From assembly GCA_964529035.1 (NCBI GenBank), contig CAZGUG010000002.1, positions 19,241 through 83,240 of the forward strand: 64,000 bases of DNA, in the 5' to 3' direction. Under the pieces are notes generated by a model that was given only the letters and a program-made list of their open reading frames with translations, ran no database searches and was not told where the DNA came from. This stretch comes from an uncultured Clostridium sp. Lineage in GTDB: Bacteria > Bacillota > Clostridia > Ch29. This document shows positions 27,735 to 37,205 of this stretch, in pieces. Within the stretch, counting starts at the first letter, position 1, and each line of letters opens with the position of its first letter. The position numbers and the translations under genes were made by a program.

Positions 27735-28331
27735 ATGATGGTATTAAGAAGAAAGACAGTGGTGCTGTCGTTTTTGGTGCTTTTACTGGCTGTGGTTGCG
27801 GTGATTAATCATAATATAACACGGGAAGTGGCCAGTGAAGACAGCCTGACATTTGTTGGAGAAGACGGCTACGATGATATGATAATACCCGAGCCGGATG
27901 ATGAATTGGCCATGGACAGCGAGGATAACGGAAACATAGAAATAGAAGAAGGAGTGGAAACCAGTGCTGCCAACCTGGCAACCGCCAGCTTTTTCATACA
28001 GTCGAGGCTGGACAGGGAGAAAAACAGAAGCTTCTATATAGAAACCCTTAACGGTATAGTAACTGACCAGAACACCGATGTTTCGATAAAAGAAATGGCA
28101 CAAACCGAAATGCTGTCCCTGATAACCAGGAGCGAGACAGAAAGCATTATAGAAAACCTGATAAAGGCAAAGGGATTCAAGGATGCCCTTGTTATTATGG
28201 GTGAGGATTCGGTGAACATAATAGTTAATGCCCACCAGCTTACCCAGGCCCAGGTGGCACAAATAAAGGATATAGTATCCCGGGAAGCAAAGGTTGACAT
28301 CGAAAACATTAAAATTATGGAAAAAGAATAG
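27735..28331 (+). CDS. spoIIIAH: Stage III sporulation protein AH
   Basis: Transmembrane segment plus an acidic linker and a YscJ/FliF-like C-terminal domain. Confidence 0.7.
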   Translation: MMVLRRKTVVLSFLVLLLAVVAVINHNITREVASEDSLTFVGEDGYDDMIIPEPDDELAMDSEDNGNIEIEEGVETSAANLATASFFIQSRLDREKNRSFYIETLNGIVTDQNTDVSIKEMAQTEMLSLITRSETESIIENLIKAKGFKDALVIMGEDSVNIIVNAHQLTQAQVAQIKDIVSREAKVDIENIKIMEKE

Positions 28332-28397
28332 AATTGTTTGTAATGGTATATACCCTTTGATATAATTAATAATAAAATTACGCTCGGGGGTGAAGAT

Positions 28398-28799
28398 ATG
28401 ACAGAAAAGGACAAACAAGGCAAAAAGGCAACTGTTGAGGAAGTAGGAACAGTTAAGATATCCGACGACGTGGTTTCAATCATTTCCGGCATTGCTGCAA
28501 CCGAGGTGAAGGGTGTTATAGGAATGAGCGGCGGAATAGCCGGCGGAATAGCCGAGCTTCTCGGCAGAAAGAATCAGTCCAAGGGTGTCAAGGTTGCAAT
28601 AGGCGAAAAGGAAGTAAACATCGACTTACATATAATAGTGGAATACGGGGTAAAAATACCCGAAGTGGCCTGGGAGATACAGGATAAGGTTAAGAAAGCA
28701 GTGGAAACCATGACAGGCCTTAATGTCGTTGAAGTTAACATACACGTTCAGGGAGTGGCCGCGGGAAATGCGGGCAGCCAGGAGGAACAGGATAAATAA
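28398..28799 (+). CDS. Asp23/Gls24-family alkaline-shock protein
   Basis: ISDDVVSIISGIAATEVKGV, at Asp23 length. Confidence 0.8.
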   Translation: MTEKDKQGKKATVEEVGTVKISDDVVSIISGIAATEVKGVIGMSGGIAGGIAELLGRKNQSKGVKVAIGEKEVNIDLHIIVEYGVKIPEVAWEIQDKVKKAVETMTGLNVVEVNIHVQGVAAGNAGSQEEQDK

Positions 28800-28816
28800 T
28801 TACAGGGTTTGCAGTC

Positions 28817-28849
28817 AACCTCCTTTTCGGGAGGTTTATTCTTTGATTT
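28817..28849 (+). terminator. Candidate intrinsic terminator
   Basis: Stem aacctcc / ggaggtt followed by a U-rich tail. Confidence 0.45.
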
Positions 28850-28966
28850 AATCCGGAAGGACAAGCAGTAAATCCCCCAGGCAGGTAACAGCATTCGAAA
28901 AAATTAACAACATACTGGTTATAATAATTGCTGCATGCATCCAGCATATTACGGGAGGATTTATAT

Positions 28967-29374
28967 ATGAGCAGGAAAAAAACCAGAGAACTGATTGTCA
29001 GATTTTTGTTTCAGATGGAAGCGCGGCGGGAAGAATACAGCGGCCTGCTTGAAGTTTTTATGGATGAAAACCCGATGGAAACGGCTGACAGGCAGTTTTT
29101 CAAAGAAAATATTCAAGGGACTGTCAAAAACCTGGACGAGATTGACGGGATAATTCGGGGCAAACTTAAGAACTGGACCCTTGACAGGATTCCGTGGGTA
29201 GACCTTGCGATTTTGAGAAATGCCTTGTATGAGATACTCTACAGGGACGATATACCGGTTAAGGTATCAATAAATGAAGCGGTTGATTTGGCAAAAAAGT
29301 ACGGTGACCCGGAGTCCGGGGTCTTTGTAAACGGAATACTGGGTAATATAGTAAGGGAACATAAACTGCAGTAG
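28967..29374 (+). CDS. nusB: Transcription antitermination factor NusB
   Basis: MSRKKTRELIVRFLFQME...; RBS GGGAGG at 28953-28958. Confidence 0.85.
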   Translation: MSRKKTRELIVRFLFQMEARREEYSGLLEVFMDENPMETADRQFFKENIQGTVKNLDEIDGIIRGKLKNWTLDRIPWVDLAILRNALYEILYRDDIPVKVSINEAVDLAKKYGDPESGVFVNGILGNIVREHKLQ

Positions 29375-29382
29375 GTGAAAGA

Positions 29383-30324
29383 ATGGATGCATATATAGGT
29401 TTTGATACCAGCTGTTATACCACCTCCATGGCGATGGTGGATGATAACGGGAAACTCCTGTCCGACAAAAGAAACGTCCTCCAGGTAAAACGGGGCGAAA
29501 AAGGCCTAAGACAGTCGGAAGCGGTATTCCAGCATATTCGAAACTTAAACGGATTATCCGATGAACTGAAGGTACTGGCAGGCAGGTTTGATGTAAAAGC
29601 GTTAGCCGCTTCGGTTAAACCCAGGCCGTTGCCGGAGTCCTATATGCCGGTTTTTACGGTGGGGGAAAGCACGGCAAAGGCTGCCGCAGCTGCAGCGGGG
29701 ATACCCTTTTATGCCACCACCCACCAGGAAAGCCACCTTATGGCGGGGCTGTGGTCGGCAGGAGGGCCAAAGGCAGATCGGTTTTTAACGGTGCACCTTT
29801 CGGGAGGCACCACCGAACTATTGATTACACAAAAAAAAGACCCGGATTTCGAAATCAGTATAATAGGCGGTACCCGGGATATAAGTGCAGGTCAGTTTGT
29901 GGACAGGATAGGCGTGGCCATGGGACTGGATTTTCCATGCGGACCGCAGTTGGAAGAGTTGGCGGGTAGAGCAATAGGTACAGCCCCTGCTTTGGAAATC
30001 CCCTGCAGCAGCAAAGGCTGCACGTTGAGTTTTTCGGGGCCAGAAACCCACGCCAGGCGGCTGCTTCAAACCGGCGCGGATGAAGCCCAGGTTGCTTTTT
30101 TGGTACTCAAATGTATAGCGAGGGGCCTTGAAAAAATTATTTCAGAGGCCTGCCGGATTAATAATATTGGAGAAGTGCTGATGGTGGGCGGTGTATCGGC
30201 GAACAAAATGATTAAAAGTCACCTTGAAGAAAAACTTGACTGCAGGCAGTACTTCCCGCATCCAAAATACTGTAGCGACAGTGGGGTGGGTACGGCTGTT
30301 ATAGCAAGAGAAAAGAATATGTAA
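29383..30324 (+). CDS. Kae1/TsaD-family (peptidase M22, ASKHA fold) paralog
   Basis: IGFDTSCYTTS compared with Kae1 IETSCDDT; THQESH compared with the HxEGH metal site; C-terminal GGVSAN adenosine motif. Confidence 0.5.
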   Translation: MDAYIGFDTSCYTTSMAMVDDNGKLLSDKRNVLQVKRGEKGLRQSEAVFQHIRNLNGLSDELKVLAGRFDVKALAASVKPRPLPESYMPVFTVGESTAKAAAAAAGIPFYATTHQESHLMAGLWSAGGPKADRFLTVHLSGGTTELLITQKKDPDFEISIIGGTRDISAGQFVDRIGVAMGLDFPCGPQLEELAGRAIGTAPALEIPCSSKGCTLSFSGPETHARRLLQTGADEAQVAFLVLKCIARGLEKIISEACRINNIGEVLMVGGVSANKMIKSHLEEKLDCRQYFPHPKYCSDSGVGTAVIAREKNM

Positions 30325-30339
30325 AAAGGCGGGTATAAT

Positions 30340-31548
30340 ATGGAGCTAAGGGCGCTCTCGGTGAGTGAAGTCAACAGCTATATAAAAAAATGCCTGAATA
30401 CAGACCCAATACTTTCTGGAATTACCGTACAGGGAGAAATAACAAACTACAAACCGCACAGTTCAGGGCATGTATACTTTTCCCTCAAAGATAGCTGCAG
30501 CCGTTTGCGCTGCATAATGTTCAGGGATTATGCCGTAAGACTATCCTTTGCTCCGGCGGAGGGTATGAAAGTATTGGCAAAGGGTAGCATTTCCGTTTAT
30601 GAAAGGGACGGACAGTATCAGCTTTATGTAAGGGAAATATCCCAGGACGGCCTGGGTGAGTTGTACCAGGCCTTTGAGCTACTGAAAAAAAACCTTGAGA
30701 AAAAGGGTTATTTTGACGATAACAAAAAAAAGAAACTGCCCTTTATGCCCGAAAGGATAGGGGTTGTGACCTCCGCGAAGGGGGCAGCGGTAAGGGATAT
30801 AATTACCACCATTAAAAGGCGGTTTGATAAGACTAAGATATATGTATTTAATTCGCTGGTACAGGGGGACAGTGCACCGGAACAGATATGCGGCGGTATA
30901 GAATACTTCAATTATAAGGAGCCGGTTGATGTTATTATAATCGGAAGGGGAGGCGGTTCGATAGAAGAACTGTGGGCCTTCAACGATGAAAGGGTAGCCC
31001 AAGCCATATATAGATCACATATTCCGGTTGTGTCTGCGGTAGGTCACCAAACCGATTTTACAATAGCGGATTTTGTGGCGGATATGAGGGCACCCACCCC
31101 AACCGCGGCCGGTGAGCTGGTGGTGCCGGAACTAAAACAGGTGAGCGAAAGGCTTGATGAAGCCTGCCATAGAATGGGAGCAGCGGTGGAAAGAAATATA
31201 AGGCTTAACCGCATAAAGCTGAAAAGCATAAGAGACAGTTATGGTTTCCGGCAGCCCTGCGACAGGATACTGCAGCTTAAGCAGCGGCTTGACGAGGAGC
31301 AGGAAAGGCTGAAAAGGGCCTTTGCTGTGTACCGGCATAATGTCAAGATGGACCTTGGGAAAAAGGTTGCAAAGCTGGACAGTTTAAGCCCCCTTTCGGT
31401 GCTGGAAAGGGGATACGCGGTGGTAATGGAAGCCGGTTCGAAAAAGACGGTGAAATCGGTAATGCAAGTGGAAAAGGACAGCAAACTTGATTTGAGATTT
31501 AAGGACGGAGTAGTAAATGTAGGCGTTTTGAGGGTGAAAAGGAGGTAG
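30340..31548 (+). CDS. xseA: Exodeoxyribonuclease VII large subunit
   Basis: OB-fold N-terminus, catalytic core and a coiled-coil C-terminus. Confidence 0.9.
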   Translation: MELRALSVSEVNSYIKKCLNTDPILSGITVQGEITNYKPHSSGHVYFSLKDSCSRLRCIMFRDYAVRLSFAPAEGMKVLAKGSISVYERDGQYQLYVREISQDGLGELYQAFELLKKNLEKKGYFDDNKKKKLPFMPERIGVVTSAKGAAVRDIITTIKRRFDKTKIYVFNSLVQGDSAPEQICGGIEYFNYKEPVDVIIIGRGGGSIEELWAFNDERVAQAIYRSHIPVVSAVGHQTDFTIADFVADMRAPTPTAAGELVVPELKQVSERLDEACHRMGAAVERNIRLNRIKLKSIRDSYGFRQPCDRILQLKQRLDEEQERLKRAFAVYRHNVKMDLGKKVAKLDSLSPLSVLERGYAVVMEAGSKKTVKSVMQVEKDSKLDLRFKDGVVNVGVLRVKRR

Positions 31549-31555
31549 CAGATTT

Positions 31556-31783
31556 ATGAAAAATATAAGTTTCGAAGAGGCCATGGAAAGGATGGAGGAA
31601 ATAATTAAAAGCCTGGAAGGCGGAGAACTGGAACTTGACAAGTCGCTGGAGATTTTCGAAGAGGGTATAAAAATGTACAGGTATTGCACAAAAAAGCTGG
31701 AAGAGATGGAAGGCAGGGTAAAGGTTATAATGCAGCAGGAAGATGCCCTTGAAAAGTTTGATTTTGAGTTGGAAGGGGAATAA
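31556..31783 (+). CDS. xseB: Exodeoxyribonuclease VII small subunit
   Basis: 75 aa, SFEEAMERMEEIIKSLEGGEL. Confidence 0.85.
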   Translation: MKNISFEEAMERMEEIIKSLEGGELELDKSLEIFEEGIKMYRYCTKKLEEMEGRVKVIMQQEDALEKFDFELEGE

Positions 31784-31786
31784 CAG

Positions 31787-32665
31787 TTGAGTTTTGAATC
31801 AAAGCTTGCAGAAAAAAGAGAACTTATAGAAAGCTTTTTAAAGCGGTATATGCAAAGTAAAGAGGGTGTACCCGGGAAAATACAAAGAGCGATGGAGTAC
31901 AGCCTGTTTGCCGGCGGCAAAAGGCTGCGGCCTATACTGACCTTGGCAGGCTGTGAAATATGCGGCGGGCAGTCTCTGCAGGCAGTACCCTTCGCCTGTG
32001 CCGTGGAAATGATACATACCTATTCGCTTATTCACGATGACCTTCCGGCCATGGACAATGACGACTACAGGAGGGGCAAACCGACCAATCACAAAGTGTT
32101 TGGGGAAGGCATCGCCGTTCTTGCGGGAGACGGGCTGTTGAACTGTGCCTTCGAGCTGATGCTGGGCGTTACTCCCTTCGATGAGCGCTGTCTGAGGGCA
32201 GCCAGATTAATAGCGGGGGCCGGTGGTAGGGAAGGAATGATAGGTGGGCAGGTGCTTGACCTTGAAAATGAAGGAAAAGAAATGTCCATCGGTGATTTGA
32301 AGGAAATGCATAAAAAAAAGACGGGGGCCCTTATATGCGCTTCACTTCTTTCGGGAGCCTTAATTGGGGGCTGCAGCGGCAAAGAACTGTCATGTATAAG
32401 AGGTTTTGGTGAAAAACTGGGCCTTGCCTTTCAGATACAGGATGACATCCTGGACGTCACCGGCGAAAAGGAAGTTTTGGGAAAGGATATAGGAAGCGAC
32501 GCTTCAAAAAACAAACCCACCTATGTATCAATCATCGGACTTGATGAATCCCGCAAAATGCTGGAGAGTCTGACCGCTGAAGCAAAGAACTGCATTAAAG
32601 GGTTTGGTGACGGGGCATTATTTCTAAAACAGCTGACCGATTACCTTATGGTCAGGGAATTCTAA
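31787..32665 (+). CDS. ispA: Farnesyl-diphosphate synthase (polyprenyl synthetase)
   Basis: FARM motif LIHDDLPAMDNDDYRRGKPT and SARM motif FQIQDDILD. Start is TTG. Confidence 0.85.
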   Translation: MSFESKLAEKRELIESFLKRYMQSKEGVPGKIQRAMEYSLFAGGKRLRPILTLAGCEICGGQSLQAVPFACAVEMIHTYSLIHDDLPAMDNDDYRRGKPTNHKVFGEGIAVLAGDGLLNCAFELMLGVTPFDERCLRAARLIAGAGGREGMIGGQVLDLENEGKEMSIGDLKEMHKKKTGALICASLLSGALIGGCSGKELSCIRGFGEKLGLAFQIQDDILDVTGEKEVLGKDIGSDASKNKPTYVSIIGLDESRKMLESLTAEAKNCIKGFGDGALFLKQLTDYLMVREF

Positions 32666-32683
32666 ATACAAGGGGGAAAGCGT

Positions 32684-33127
32684 TTGAACTTTTTTTCTCG
32701 GATATTTGACAACAGGGTTCTTGTTGTTGCACTGGTTTCCTGGACCATAGCACAGGTGGCCAAGGTAGTCATTGATATTTCGATAAACAAAAAGTTTGAT
32801 TTGAAACGTTTTGTGGGCTCGGGAGGAATGCCCAGCTCACATTCTGCATTTGTGATGGCCTTGTCAACCGGTATCGGCAGACTTCAGGGCTGGGATTCTC
32901 CTCTGTTTGCAATAGCCATATCCTATGCCTTTGTGGTAATGTATGATGCAGCCGGAGTTAGGAGAGCGGCCGGCAAACAGGCAGAAATAATTAACATAAT
33001 AATAATGGATGTCATTGAACACAAAGGGCTCAAGGAAGAGAGATTGAAGGAGTTAATAGGCCATACGCCGATAGAGGTTATTGCAGGTGGCATTCTAGGT
33101 ATAATAACGGCAAATATAATGCTTTAG
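32684..33127 (+). CDS. Divergent PAP2-family (DUF212) membrane protein
   Basis: GGMPSSHSA is the acid-phosphatase-like motif; three to four transmembrane segments. Confidence 0.65.
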   Translation: MNFFSRIFDNRVLVVALVSWTIAQVAKVVIDISINKKFDLKRFVGSGGMPSSHSAFVMALSTGIGRLQGWDSPLFAIAISYAFVVMYDAAGVRRAAGKQAEIINIIIMDVIEHKGLKEERLKELIGHTPIEVIAGGILGIITANIML

Positions 33128-33133
33128 CGGAGT

Positions 33134-33162
33134 TTGAAGGTAGGATGCCGTCATGTTATAAT
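33134..33162 (+). promoter_or_regulatory. Consensus sigma-A promoter with extended -10 driving the non-coding region
   Basis: TTGAAG (33134-33139), a 17-nt spacer, then TGtTATAAT (33154-33162). Confidence 0.55.
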
Positions 33163-33169
33163 ATGTTCA

Positions 33170-33765
33170 TAGTTGGTGGTGCAGTATTCTAGTCAGACGT
33201 TTCGCTTCTGAAGGCGGGGCTAAAAATCCGTCAAAAGGCACATCGATGAAGTTCCTTGTGTTGGCTTCTGACGCCCAGTTGGGGGCTTTCTCAGGGAGTA
33301 AAGAGGTGGGGGCGATCTGCAACGGCATGCAGGCGTTGACCCTCCCTCTGCGGAGACCCGAAACCTGATATCAGGTTGGGTAAAAACCTGCAGATAAAAC
33401 CTGCAGCGTAGCCTGCCTTGAGTGAGATAGGCGGATGATTGTCAGGCTAATTCCGAAGGGCCCTTCGGAAGATGCCAATGCTTTCGAAACCTATTTTGCA
33501 AAAGAGGCTAAGAAACGGGACCGATGTCGAGGAAAACTCCTAGACTGTTCCAACGGAGGCATATTGGGGATTAGGGTGCGGACTAAGTGGTAATCCAGCC
33601 CTATCGATGGTAACACGATAGAGACGGGTTTAAAGGGAAACCGCTAACCTGGCGACAGGATAGTATCCGCCTGGGAAAGCCTGCTGGACCTAAGCCGCAA
33701 AATTTACTCATTATGCTGCCACCGCGAACTTTTGCTGATAGTTTATACTATCAGCTTTTTAATTG
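33170..33765 (+). ncRNA. ole: Candidate OLE (ornate large extremophilic) RNA
   Basis: A ~700-nt ORF-free, GC-balanced interval with many perfect local hairpins (aacctgatatcaggtt, ttccgaagggcccttcggaa, gctgatagt..actatcagc). It has its own promoter and terminator. Its position between ispA/PAP2 and a small four-TM membrane gene plus dxs-tlyA-nadK-argR-recN matches the published ole-oapA neighbourhood as I recall it. Confidence 0.7.
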
Positions 33766-33771
33766 TTTTTT
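33734..33771 (+). terminator. Rho-independent terminator at the 3' end of the OLE candidate
   Basis: 9-bp stem gctgatagt / actatcagc around a 4-nt loop, followed by tttttaattgtttttt. Confidence 0.7.
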
Positions 33772-33829
33772 ATCCCTGCTGTTAATGCTATAATTTTAGT
33801 ATATGTAATAATACTAATTATATAATCCA

Positions 33830-34450
33830 GTGCGAAAAGAGAGGGAGTATGAATTGAGTACAAAGGAACAAAAAGAAAAGGCAAAAGCAGGCAGATGGGT
33901 AGTGTTTATTACGCTGTGGACGTTTTTGCTTGCGCTTTCCTTCAGCTTTCTGTCCGAGACGGTGGTTAGAAACCTAAAACTCGGCATTGCTTATATCATT
34001 CTTATGGCAATAATAATAATAGGCATAATTTTTGATATAATAGGCATAGCCGTAACTGCGTCAGACGAGAAACCGCTTAACGGTATGGCCGCCCAGAAAA
34101 TTCCGGGTGCCAGGGAGGCGGTGGAGCTTCATAAAAATGCCGGTGCAGTTTCAAATTTTTGTAACGATGTAATAGGTGATATATGCGGGATTATCAGCGG
34201 AGCTGCAGGCGCCGTGATAGTTACAAGGTTTGTAATGCTTTATCCCAATATAAAGGGTGCAACGGCCGGGATACTATTAAGCAGCCTTATTGCGGCGGTT
34301 ACCGTTGGAGGTAAGGCTGTTGGAAAAAATATTGCCATAAAAAAAGCAAGTGAAATCACTTTCAGGGTGGGAACGATTTTAAATCTGTTTCATAAAAGGA
34401 CCAGCATAAAAGTGGTTGGTAATGACAAAAAAAATGGTGGAAAGCGGTGA
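33830..34450 (+). CDS. oapA: Small four-TM membrane protein, candidate OLE-associated protein A
   Basis: About 200 aa, four predicted transmembrane helices, conserved acidic residues. It lies directly downstream of the OLE candidate and upstream of dxs. The likely start is TTG 33854 after RBS GAGAGGGAG. Confidence 0.6.
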   Translation: MRKEREYELSTKEQKEKAKAGRWVVFITLWTFLLALSFSFLSETVVRNLKLGIAYIILMAIIIIGIIFDIIGIAVTASDEKPLNGMAAQKIPGAREAVELHKNAGAVSNFCNDVIGDICGIISGAAGAVIVTRFVMLYPNIKGATAGILLSSLIAAVTVGGKAVGKNIAIKKASEITFRVGTILNLFHKRTSIKVVGNDKKNGGKR

Positions 34451-36377
34451 ACCTAAGGTGTATCAGATATTGGAAAGCCTGCAGGGGACGGAGGATATTA
34501 GGAATTTAAGCGATATGAAACAAAAAATCCTTGCCAGGGAACTGAGGCACATAATAGTGGACAGCGTTTCTAAGACCGGAGGACATCTGGCATCAAACCT
34601 CGGGGTTGTGGAACTGACCATAGCCCTGCATAGCGTGTATTCAAGCCCGGTTGACAGGATAATCTGGGACGTCGGGCATCAGGCATATGTACATAAGCTT
34701 TTGACCGGCAGGCTTAAAAGGTTCGGTACTTTAAGGCAGTTTGGCGGGATTTCAGGGTTTCCCAGAATGGACGAAAGCCGGCACGACATATTCGGGACGG
34801 GACACAGCAGCACTTCCATTTCCGCTGCCCTCGGGATTGCTTCGGCAAGGGACCTGAATGGTCAAAATTATTCGGTGGTGGCGGTGATAGGGGACGGGGC
34901 AATGACGGCAGGTATGGCCTTTGAAGCGCTGAACCATGCAGGACACCTGCAAAAGGATATTACTGTGGTTTTGAACGAAAACGAAATGTCAATTGCTCAG
35001 AATGTGGGCAGCCTTTCAAGATATCTAAGCCGGGTGAGAACCGATCCGAAGTATTTCAGGGCCAAAGAGGACATTGAAAGGCTGATAAAACGCATACCGG
35101 CAGTGGGGGGGAGCATGGCAAGGTTTGCCGGTAAGGCAAAGGATACAATTAAGTACTTCCTGGTTCCCAGCATGCTGTTTGAAGAGCTTGGGTTTACATA
35201 CCTGGGACCGATAGACGGGCACGACCTTTTTGTGCTTAAGGATGTACTTAAAAGGGCGAAAAAACTGAAAGGGCCGGTGCTGATCCACGTTGTTACAAAG
35301 AAAGGAAAGGGTTACAGGCCGGCTTTGGACAACCCCGATATATACCACGGCGTAGGAAGCTTTAATGTGGAAACCGGAGAGATAATAAAGAATGGTAACG
35401 GACAGAGCTTTTCTTCCGCCTTTGGCGAAGCAATGCTCGAACTCGGAAAGAAGGATCCAACAATAGTGGCGGTTACTGCTGCCATGGCGGACGGTACCGG
35501 GCTGTCCGGTTTTGCCGAGAAATATCCGGATAGATTTTTTGATGTGGCTATTGCGGAACAGCATGCGGTCACCTTTGCCGCAGGTCTTGCCAGAGAAGGG
35601 TACAAGCCTGTCTTTGCAGTGTATTCGACTTTCCTGCAGAGGGCCTATGACCAGTTAATTCATGACGTGTGCCTGCAGAAACTGCCGGTGGTCTTTGCCG
35701 TTGACAGGGCGGGGATAGTGGGACACGACGGGCCTACCCATCACGGGGTTTTCGATCTGTCATTCCTAAGCAGCGTTCCAAACCTGCAGATACTGGCTCC
35801 CTGCTGCTGCAGCGAGCTTAAGGACATGTTAAGGTACGCAGTGGGATGTAAATCACCCGTTGCCGTAAGGTACCCCAGGGGAGAAGGAAACCCGGTAAAC
35901 GGATACAACCCGGGACCCCTTACAAAGGGTAAATCGGAAATTGTATATAGGGGCAAAGACATGTATATAATGGCTGTTGGAAACATGCTGCCGAGGGCCG
36001 TAAGAGCGGCACAAACGTTAAGGAAAAGGGGCATCAGGGCGGGGGTCGTGAATGTCAGGTTTATTAAGCCTCTGGATAAGGGAATAATTGAGGAAATAGC
36101 AAGGGACTGTGGCATTATAGCGGTATTGGAGGACAATGTGGTCCGGGGCGGGTTCGGAAGCTATCTGATGGAGCAAATAAATTCCATGGGGCTCGATATC
36201 AGGTTAAGGATTTTAGGTTTCCCGGACGAATTCATAACCCACGGTGATGTTGGGAGCCTGTATCAAGCCTACCGGCTGGACGATGAAGGTATATACCACA
36301 GCCTGCTGGAATTTATTGAAGGGGGAAAGGTAAGTGGCATCAGAAAAGAAAAGGCTGGATATACTCCTCTTGGATAG
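34416..36377 (+). CDS. dxs: 1-deoxy-D-xylulose-5-phosphate synthase
   Basis: Thiamine-diphosphate motif GDGAMTAGMAFEALNHAG and transketolase-like domains. The start is uncertain (34416, 34422 or 34434). Confidence 0.9.
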   Translation: MVMTKKMVESGEPKVYQILESLQGTEDIRNLSDMKQKILARELRHIIVDSVSKTGGHLASNLGVVELTIALHSVYSSPVDRIIWDVGHQAYVHKLLTGRLKRFGTLRQFGGISGFPRMDESRHDIFGTGHSSTSISAALGIASARDLNGQNYSVVAVIGDGAMTAGMAFEALNHAGHLQKDITVVLNENEMSIAQNVGSLSRYLSRVRTDPKYFRAKEDIERLIKRIPAVGGSMARFAGKAKDTIKYFLVPSMLFEELGFTYLGPIDGHDLFVLKDVLKRAKKLKGPVLIHVVTKKGKGYRPALDNPDIYHGVGSFNVETGEIIKNGNGQSFSSAFGEAMLELGKKDPTIVAVTAAMADGTGLSGFAEKYPDRFFDVAIAEQHAVTFAAGLAREGYKPVFAVYSTFLQRAYDQLIHDVCLQKLPVVFAVDRAGIVGHDGPTHHGVFDLSFLSSVPNLQILAPCCCSELKDMLRYAVGCKSPVAVRYPRGEGNPVNGYNPGPLTKGKSEIVYRGKDMYIMAVGNMLPRAVRAAQTLRKRGIRAGVVNVRFIKPLDKGIIEEIARDCGIIAVLEDNVVRGGFGSYLMEQINSMGLDIRLRILGFPDEFITHGDVGSLYQAYRLDDEGIYHSLLEFIEGGKVSGIRKEKAGYTPLG

Positions 36378-37146
36378 AGGCTGTTTCAAAAGCAGGGAAA
36401 AGGCAAAATCGGCAATCATGGCCGGAATAGTATCGGTTAACGGAAAGATGGTGGACAAAGCAGGTACAATGGTTAGAGAAGACTGCCATATAACGGTCAG
36501 GGAAGACCCTATACCCTATGTGAGCCGGGGCGGATTGAAACTTCAAAGGGCGCTGGATCTGTTTGAAGTGGATGTATACGGTAAATGTGTTCTGGATATA
36601 GGAGCCTCGACCGGGGGGTTCACCGACTGTCTGCTGCAGCGGGGTGCAAAAAAGGTGTATGCAGTGGACGTGGGTTACGGACAGCTTGATTGGGGACTGC
36701 GAAACGACAAAAGGGTAGTGGTTATGGAAAGAACAAATATAAGGTACGTAAAACCCGAAGACATAGGCGAGCTGTGTGACATGGCGGTAATTGACGTGGC
36801 TTTTATCTCTCTCGCTTTGGTGCTTAATGTGGTTGACACGCTGCTTAAGCCCGAATGCGGCGTCATAGCGCTAATAAAGCCCCAGTTTGAAGCAGGGAGA
36901 GATAAGGTGGGAAAAGGGGGAATTGTGAGGGATGCAGCGGTGCACAAAGAAGTGGTGCAGAATATTTATGAGTTTCTTGTACTAATGGGTTTTGAAATCA
37001 AGGGGCTGACTTATTCACCAATAACCGGCGGCAGCGGAAATATCGAATATCTGATATATGCAGGTAAAGGGAAAAACGGTCAGGAAAAAGATATCCAGTC
37101 TGCCATAGACTATGTTATTGAAGAATCCCATCGAGTTTTTTCCTGA
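36334..37146 (+). CDS. tlyA: TlyA-family rRNA 2'-O-methyltransferase (hemolysin A-like)
   Basis: S4 domain followed by the FtsJ-like methyltransferase motif DIGASTGGFTD. Start is GTG. Confidence 0.85.
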   Translation: MASEKKRLDILLLDRGCFKSREKAKSAIMAGIVSVNGKMVDKAGTMVREDCHITVREDPIPYVSRGGLKLQRALDLFEVDVYGKCVLDIGASTGGFTDCLLQRGAKKVYAVDVGYGQLDWGLRNDKRVVVMERTNIRYVKPEDIGELCDMAVIDVAFISLALVLNVVDTLLKPECGVIALIKPQFEAGRDKVGKGGIVRDAAVHKEVVQNIYEFLVLMGFEIKGLTYSPITGGSGNIEYLIYAGKGKNGQEKDIQSAIDYVIEESHRVFS

Positions 37147-37205
37147 TTATGGAGGAAAATCGGAATATTTGTAGAATGTTTTTATATGGAAGGAGAAAAC
37201 AAAAA

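Noticed and set aside
33128-33830. This interval as a riboswitch or leader for the downstream membrane gene or dxs
   Set aside because: At about 600 nt it is far longer than any riboswitch. It has its own promoter and terminator, so an independent large non-coding RNA (OLE) is the better explanation.
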